Shown here: piece by piece, positions 61,915-64,000 of the stretch
Layout: each line of letters begins with the position of its first letter
Numbering within the stretch: position 1 is the first letter of the stretch
NCBI GenBank assembly: GCA_973895155.1
Contig: OZ316897.1
Span: 6,151,327-6,215,326 of the forward strand
DNA length: 64,000 bases
DNA from: Marsupella aquatica
Taxonomy: Eukaryota > Plantae > Marchantiophyta
Direction of reading: 5' to 3'
Translations under genes and position numbers: made by a program
Notes under the pieces: model-generated
Seen by the model: the letters and a program-made list of their open reading frames with translations, nothing else
Told to the model about the DNA's origin: nothing
The model's database searches: none

Positions 61915-64000
61915 ATGACATCCAGGTTTGGAGGTGTCAAGTTTGAGGTGGAAAAGTATGATGGGCGTACGGACTATTTGCTCTGAAAGAAGCAAGTGAA
62001 AGAGTTTTATATACTATGGGCCTAGATCATCTTCTCTATGTGAGAGATGTACGATGGTGAAGAGGAGATTCCACTAAAGAGGTGGAGGCAGAAACAAGTG
62101 ATTACAATGAATGCAGTGATGCTTTATCTGAAGCCGCATATCATCAAGAAGTTGAATGACTACGAGAATTGTGCATCTCTATTCAAAGCCATAAGGGAGA
62201 AGTACTATCGGGAGGATGCCTCAAATCGATTGTACAAGAAGTCTCTCTTGATGAGCATGAGACTCAAAGAGGGGAAACAAGATTCAAGATCACTTGGATG
62301 AATTTGACAGCGTAGCTATTGATTTGTCTAATCTTGGTAAGGGAGTTGAATAAAAAGGACAAGGTCTTGCTTCTTCTTAGCTCTTTACCCTCATCTTATC
62401 AGGGTTTGAAGCAGGTTCTCTTGTATAGAGACCTGAAGTTTATTTCATACGATGAAGTGATAAGTTATTTACTATTAGATGACACATAGAAGAAATTGGG
62501 TCAAGTCCAGACAACATCTTCATCTGGTACTGCATTGAATGTGAACCGTGGAAGGTCTACGTAGTGGACAAATGGAGAAAACAGGTTTAGATCTAAGTCA
62601 AGGGGGAGATCTAAATCTAGAGGGAAATTGCGAGAGAGAAAGTCTCTTGCATGTTGGAGATCTAGCAAGTCTGGCCACATGAAGAGGGATTGTCGGGTAA
62701 ATGACTCTATTGCATCAGCTAATGCGGCATCTAACACACATGAGGTGGATTTACTCGATGAGGACATTTTATGATGCCAAATTTTTGCTCTCAACGTAGT
62801 GTCACATCCAAGTGATGATGACTAGATACTAAATAGTGCATGTACCTTTCACATTTGCTATAGGAGACATTTTTTTGTTCTTACACAATTTCCAATGGTT
62901 TAGTGTTGATGGGAAATGGAATCTCATGTCAAGTGATTGGACTTGGATCTGTGAGATTTTAGATGTTTGATGGTGTTGTGAGAACTTTGAGGAATGTCAG
63001 ACATATTCCCAACATGATAAAAAATCTCATTTCACTTGGAATGTTAGAAGCATCAATGGAGTTCTGCAAATGGTGTCCTTCAGGTTACAACTAATACTAA
63101 GGTTGTGTTGAAGGGAAAGAGGCACAAAAATCTATACATTTTGGAGGGCATTGTAGTTTGTGATGAAGCCAATGTAACCTTATCTCATGAGAAAATGGCT
63201 CGGCTATGGCACTTCAGATTGGGTCATATGAGTGAAAAAGCTTTGTATGTTCTTCAAAAAAAGGGATTACTTTCTAATTTGTAATCTTGTAGTTTAGATT
63301 TCTATGAGCATTGTGTGCTTGAAAAGCAACACAGGAAACCCTTTGGCGTTAGAACTCACACCAGCAATGAGGTATTTGAGTATGTACATAGTGATGTGTG
63401 GGGACCAACCCCTACTCCCTCACATTCTGGAAGAGTTTACTATATCACGTTCTTTGATGATTACTCAAGGTATATATATGGATATACTTTCTACACAATA
63501 AGTTTGATGTTTTTGTCACTTTAAAGAGTGGAAAGTCCAAGTTGAGAATCAGACTTGTAACAAGGTGAGATATCTTTGATCAAATAACGGCGGTGAATAC
63601 TATTCTGGTAAATTTGGAATGTATTATAAGAAGCGAGGGATTACACGTCATCTCACAACAAATTATACTCCTTAGCAGAATGATGTTTTCGAGAGGCTCA
63701 ACCAAACACTATCGGAACGCTCAAGAAGTATGTTGAGCCAATCATGCTTACCACATGAATTTTGGGCAAAAATTGTCAACATTGTAGCTTATTTGGTAAA
63801 TTTGTCTTCATCCAGTGTAATTGGATTCAAGACGTCATTTGAAATGAGGTACGGGCGTCAAGCGGATTATTCACATCTGAGGGATTTTTGATGTGATGCT
63901 TATGTGCTTACACCTTCCCAGCTTTGGCCTAAATTGGAGTCCAAGTCAAGGAAATGCATTTTCCTTGGGTATCAAAAAGGTATAAAAGGTTATAGGTTAT
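61915..64000 (+). pseudogene. Copia gag-protease-integrase, heavily decayed
   Basis: MTSRFGGVKFEVEKYDG; knuckle remnant SGHMKRDC; ILNSACTFHIC; LWHFRLGHMSEK; EYVHSDVWGP; KCIFLGY. Many stops and frameshifts. Confidence 0.9.

Larger units (their letters stand above)
59742..64000 (+). mobile_element. Ty1/Copia retrotransposon (Tork/Tnt1-like), 5' part; LTR start uncertain (59742 or 59055)
   Basis: LTR end ...tttacccaaca (60179), PBS, ~1.7 kb leader, then gag-PR-INT order. Confidence 0.85.

Overview
Eukaryotic plant genomic DNA: spliceosomal introns, TTTAGGG motifs, CACTA/Gypsy/Copia elements and a non-permuted DNMT3 suggest a non-angiosperm land plant (inference). Host genes sit at the edges. 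They are an intronless DNMT3-type cytosine methyltransferase (minus strand, runs off the left edge) lying downstream of decayed PDAP1 duplicates, a multi-exon gene of unknown function (51.3-53.8 kb, +) and an intact 8-exon PDAP1/HASPP28 gene (55.4-57.9 kb, -). Between 3.1 and 42.6 kb is a four-deep transposon nest, resolved mostly by target-site duplications (TSDs). (i) Three related 4.2-4.8 kb solo-LTR-like units (C containing A containing B) each carry a decayed ~900-1150 aa PMD/Transposase_32-like plus coiled-coil gene. (ii) Inside A is a chromodomain Ty3/Gypsy element with non-canonical AGT...ACT LTR ends and (TTTAGGG)3 in its LTRs. (iii) Inside that is a 17.3 kb CACTA transposon carrying TnpD/TnpA plus a head-to-tail cargo array: an EDM2-type composite PHD, a tandem BRCT and an F-box. 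Further right are a truncated second chromovirus copy with a 2.7 kb solo-LTR-like insert, an integrase fragment and a decayed Tork/Tnt1-like Copia element. All alignments and domain calls were made by eye; no database searches were run.
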